Positions 11,590 through 16,060 of a stretch of DNA of 16,060 nucleotides are shown here, in pieces (within the stretch, counting starts at the first letter, position 1; every line of letters starts with the position of its first letter). Position numbers and translations under genes: made by a program. The stretch comes from Tubiluchus corallicola (Eukaryota; Animalia; Priapulida). Where the stretch lies: positions 1-16,060 of the forward strand of contig JAQGDQ010002066.1 of assembly GCA_030141605.1 (NCBI GenBank). Direction: 5' to 3'. Below the pieces are notes generated by a model. That model saw only the letters and a list, made by a program, of their open reading frames with translations. It had not been told where the DNA came from and ran no database searches.

Positions 11590-12355
11590 GTTCGTTCGTT
11601 CGTTCCTTTGTTGATTCATTCATTCATTCATCATTCATTCATTCACTTATTCATTCACTCACTCATTATCCATTATTTCCTTATATGTTTAACTATCCAT
11701 TCATTCGTTTGTTCTATCATTCATTCATTCATTCATTCATTCATTCATTCATTCATTCATTCATTCATTCATTCATTCATTCATTCGTTCGTTCGTTCGT
11801 TCGTTCGTTCATTCATTCATTCATTCATTCATTCATTCATTCATTCATTCATTCACTCATTCATTCATTCACTCATTAACTCATTCATTCACTCACTCAT
11901 TATCCATTATTTTCTTACATGTTTAACTATCCATTCATTCGTTTGTTCTTTCATTCATTCATTCATTCATTCATTCATTCATTCATTCATTCATTCATTC
12001 ACTCATTCATTCACTCATTCATTCATTCATTCACTTATTCATTCACTCACTCATTATTCATTATTTCGCTTACATGTTTAACTATCCATTCATTCATTCA
12101 TTCATTCATTCATTCATTCATTCATTCATTCATTCATTCATTCATTCATTCACTCATTAACTCATTCATTCACTCACTCATTATCCATTATTTCCTTACA
12201 TGTTTAACTATCCATTCATTCGTTTGTTCTTTCATGTACATGATTTGGTATTTCTGTCGTCTGTTTGTCCATTTCCATTTCTCCATCCATTCTTTCCTCC
12301 ATCAGTTTGTCTGCTATTCGTTTATTCGTTCATTTAGTCACTCATTCATTCGTTC
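11590..12355. repeat. (TTCA)n/(TTCG)n array with four copies of a ~37-bp complex linker
   Basis: CATTATCCATTATTTCCTTACATGTTTAACTATCCAT (with variants) at 11664, 11898, 12052 and 12179, separated by variable-length TTCA runs. Confidence 0.93.
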
Positions 12356-12482
12356 AAACAATTCATTTAAAATACCACAAAAAAAATACAAAATAAAGGA
12401 TTAGTGTAAATTTAATTAGACATGTCACGTGCTTTGGTTAAGAATCTCCATGTTGTTATTCTCACATTATTTTTTTATTATA

Positions 12483-12868
<386 letters not shown>

Positions 12869-12957
12869 ATATATATATAATTTAGAGTCCAACGTATGAG
12901 ACACATTGAACGACAACGATCATATACAATAGACATAGTTACAAATTATAATCCAAC

Positions 12958-13045
12958 ACTACATTCACATACATACATAATAAAACATGCACATACATAA
13001 CTACATAATAAATACATAATAATACATACGTAACATAACGAACAT
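12958..13045. repeat. Degenerate (ACAT)n/ACATAAT low-complexity repeat
   Basis: Recurrent ACAT/ACATAA units. Confidence 0.7.
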
Positions 13046-13622
13046 ATTTTAATACTTAGTTGCAAAAATTTACACACATTATACACAATGAAAAACAGCA
13101 AGTACATTTATAATGAACATAATTACCAACTCTAATGTAAATTCACGTAATCGTAAATAAAAACAAAACAGAAATTGTTTATTTTCACAATAAACAGCAA
13201 AGTGTGGAACAAATGACGTTGTTACACGCATGTAAACCAGATGTGAACTTTCAGTGAAATTAATTAGCTCATGCGTGCAGCACCAATTCCCGTGTATCCA
13301 TTTATGAAGGCAAACCTCTTTGCTGCGTGGAAAATCCGCCAGCTAAACGTTGCTTTGAATTTCGATGAGCTGGTGGTGATTGGCAAACACATGCTGAAAC
13401 ATGCTTCTGGACTAGTGTTCCGTGTAAACAGGCAGCTGGCTGGACGAGCAGGGGAACGGAAATAGAAACACTCAAACTTGGCATAGAATTGCCGTTACCG
13501 TAACTCAGTTAGTGCACATCCGATGTCACAAACTTCACAAACTCACTCTGTGTTGTTACAGGGACATAAAAGTTTTGCACAAAACACTGGAATTTATCGA
13601 CAATATCAGATGATTAGCAGAT

Positions 13623-13944
<322 letters not shown>

Positions 13945-14496
13945 GGTGGCTGTGGATAAGTGTTCGGTGAAAGGAAAACTCGCTCCACCACTCAGTATAG
14001 ACGATAAATTATTTACAAACTCGAAGAAAGAACTCTAAATTTCAATTAGTTTTTTTCTTGTTGCGTTTATTAGTCACATGTGTTAGTGTTTATGTTCAAA
14101 ATTCTTTGATCTTTTTAGCTCTGACTTGCGTTTGGCGAAAAAAACATAAAAGACGGGCTTTGGGTGTCTAGCATTTCATTCTAATATTTCCTGCAAGTAA
14201 GAGGCTCGTGTTTCTCCACATTTAACTCATTTTTATCACAAAAAACAGTTGCTTTCAATCTTTCAATTATTATATTTCATCCATTAAAATATTTTTTCCA
14301 CAGAAAAGGTCTATTCAAATCAAAATTTCTTTAAGTGTTATTATTGTTATTATTCGGAAAAGATGAATTCAACTATGTTGCTAACTGTAAAATATTCCAA
14401 TGTATACGTGACTTTATATTACGTACTAAACGCTTCCAGTAGTTTCTATCTGATATGAAATGCATCAGTCTTAAATATTCGTACATTAATATTTTC

Positions 14497-15000
14497 TACT
14501 AATGTCTAATGTAATCTTGTAGTAAAACTTGTAGTAATCTTGTCAGGTTGTGCAGTTATAATCTATTCTTACTGTAAATGTTACTAATGTCTAATGTAAT
14601 CTTGTAGTAAAACTTGTCAGCTTGTGTAGTTATAGTCTATTCTTACTGTAAATGTTACTAATGTCTAATGTAATCTTGTAGTAAAACTTGTCAGCTTGTG
14701 TAGTTATAGTCAATTCTTACTGCAAATGTTACTAATGTCTAATGTAATCTTGTAGTAAAACTTGTCAGGTTGTGTAGTTATAGTCAATTCTTACTGTAAA
14801 CGTTACTAATGTCTAATGTAATCTTGTAGTAAAACTTGTCAGCTTGTGTAGTTATAGTCTATTCTTACTGTAAATATTACTAATGTCTAATGTAATCTTG
14901 TAGTAAAACTTGTCAGGTTGTGTAGTTATAGTCAATTCTTACTGTAAACGTTACTAATGTCTAATGTAATCTTGTAGTAAATCTTGTCAGCTTGTAGTTG
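14497..15000 (+). repeat. 74-bp minisatellite, left array (~6.7 copies)
   Basis: TACTAATGTCTAATGTAATCTTGTAGTAAAACTTGTCAG... starts at 14497, 14582, 14656, 14730, 14804, 14878 and 14952. The first unit carries an 11-bp extra segment. Confidence 0.97.
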
Positions 15001-15002
15001 CC

Positions 15003-15323
15003 AGACTGTAACTATACAATGACAATTTTACTACAAGTTACATTAGACATAAGTAACGTTGTAAATTGACTGCGACAAGATTTTACTACAAGATTAGACA
15101 TTAGTAACATTTGCGAATAGACTATAACTACACAAGCTGACAAGTTTTACTACAAGATTACATTAGACATTAGTAACATTTACAGTAAGAATAGACTATA
15201 ACTACACAAGCTGACAAGTTTTACTACAAGATTACATTAGATATTAGTAACATTTACAGTAAGAATAGACTATAACTACACAAGCTGACAAGTTTTACTA
15301 CAAGATTACATTAGACATTAGTA
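15003..15323 (-). repeat. 74-bp minisatellite, right (inverted) array
   Basis: About 2.8 clean reverse-complement copies at 15115-15323 and two deletion-ridden copies at 15003-15114. Confidence 0.94.
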
Positions 15324-15887
15324 GAAAATGACGGTTAGAAAATATTAATGTACGAATATTTAAGACTGATGCATTTCATATCAGATAGAAACTACTGGAA
15401 GCGTTTAGTACGTAATATAAAGTCATGTATACATTGGAATATTTTGCAGTTAGCAACATAGTTAAATTCATCTTTTCCGAATAATAACAATAATAACACT
15501 TAAAGAGAATTTTGATTTGAATAGACCTTTTCTGTGGAAAAAATATTTTAATAGATAAAATATAATAATTAGCGAAAGATTAACTTCTTTGTTTGTGATA
15601 AATAATGAAGTTAAATATTGAATTTACAATTTACTTTTGCAAGAATAATAGGATAAATACTGAACACTATTTGTCTTTTTTATGTTTTTTCGCCAAGCAG
15701 AATCGAAATTAAAAGATCAAAGTATTTTGAACATAAACACTAACGAATATGTGACACGTAATAAACGCAACAGAAAAACTAATTGAAATTTAGGTTCTTT
15801 TCCTCGTGTTTGCTCAAATAAACATCGTATACTAAAATGTTGAAACGGATTTTCCTTTCTACATGGACTTTTTATCACAATATAACC

Positions 15888-16060
<173 letters not shown>

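Noticed and set aside
11195-11623. Acidic poly-Asp protein exon (DDEGDIDENDENCIDLS...)
   Set aside because: The frame is mostly (GAT)n repeat, starts within a TTCA repeat and stops shortly after; no splice or homology support.

Overview
AT-rich, microsatellite-saturated eukaryotic non-coding DNA. It looks like an invertebrate animal genome, but the taxon cannot be fixed from the sequence. No intact protein-coding gene is supported: nearly all long ORFs are translations of simple repeats. The real structure is repeat-based. (i) Three separate inverted-repeat (fold-back) structures: arms 1-663/1774-2440 carrying a 124-bp tandem array; 98-bp arms around a (TG)n tract at 12483-12868; and a nearly spacer-less palindrome of about 2 kb at 13942-15890 with a 74-bp array at its centre. 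(ii) A 5'-truncated RTE-like LINE with a perfect 24-bp target-site duplication. (iii) A tRNA-derived SINE. (iv) A possible 5S rRNA-derived fragment. (v) A compound microsatellite bracketed by a TSD-like 25-bp direct repeat, plus conserved linker motifs shared between distant microsatellites, which hint that microsatellite blocks themselves are being copied or mobilised. All identity figures are from alignment by eye.
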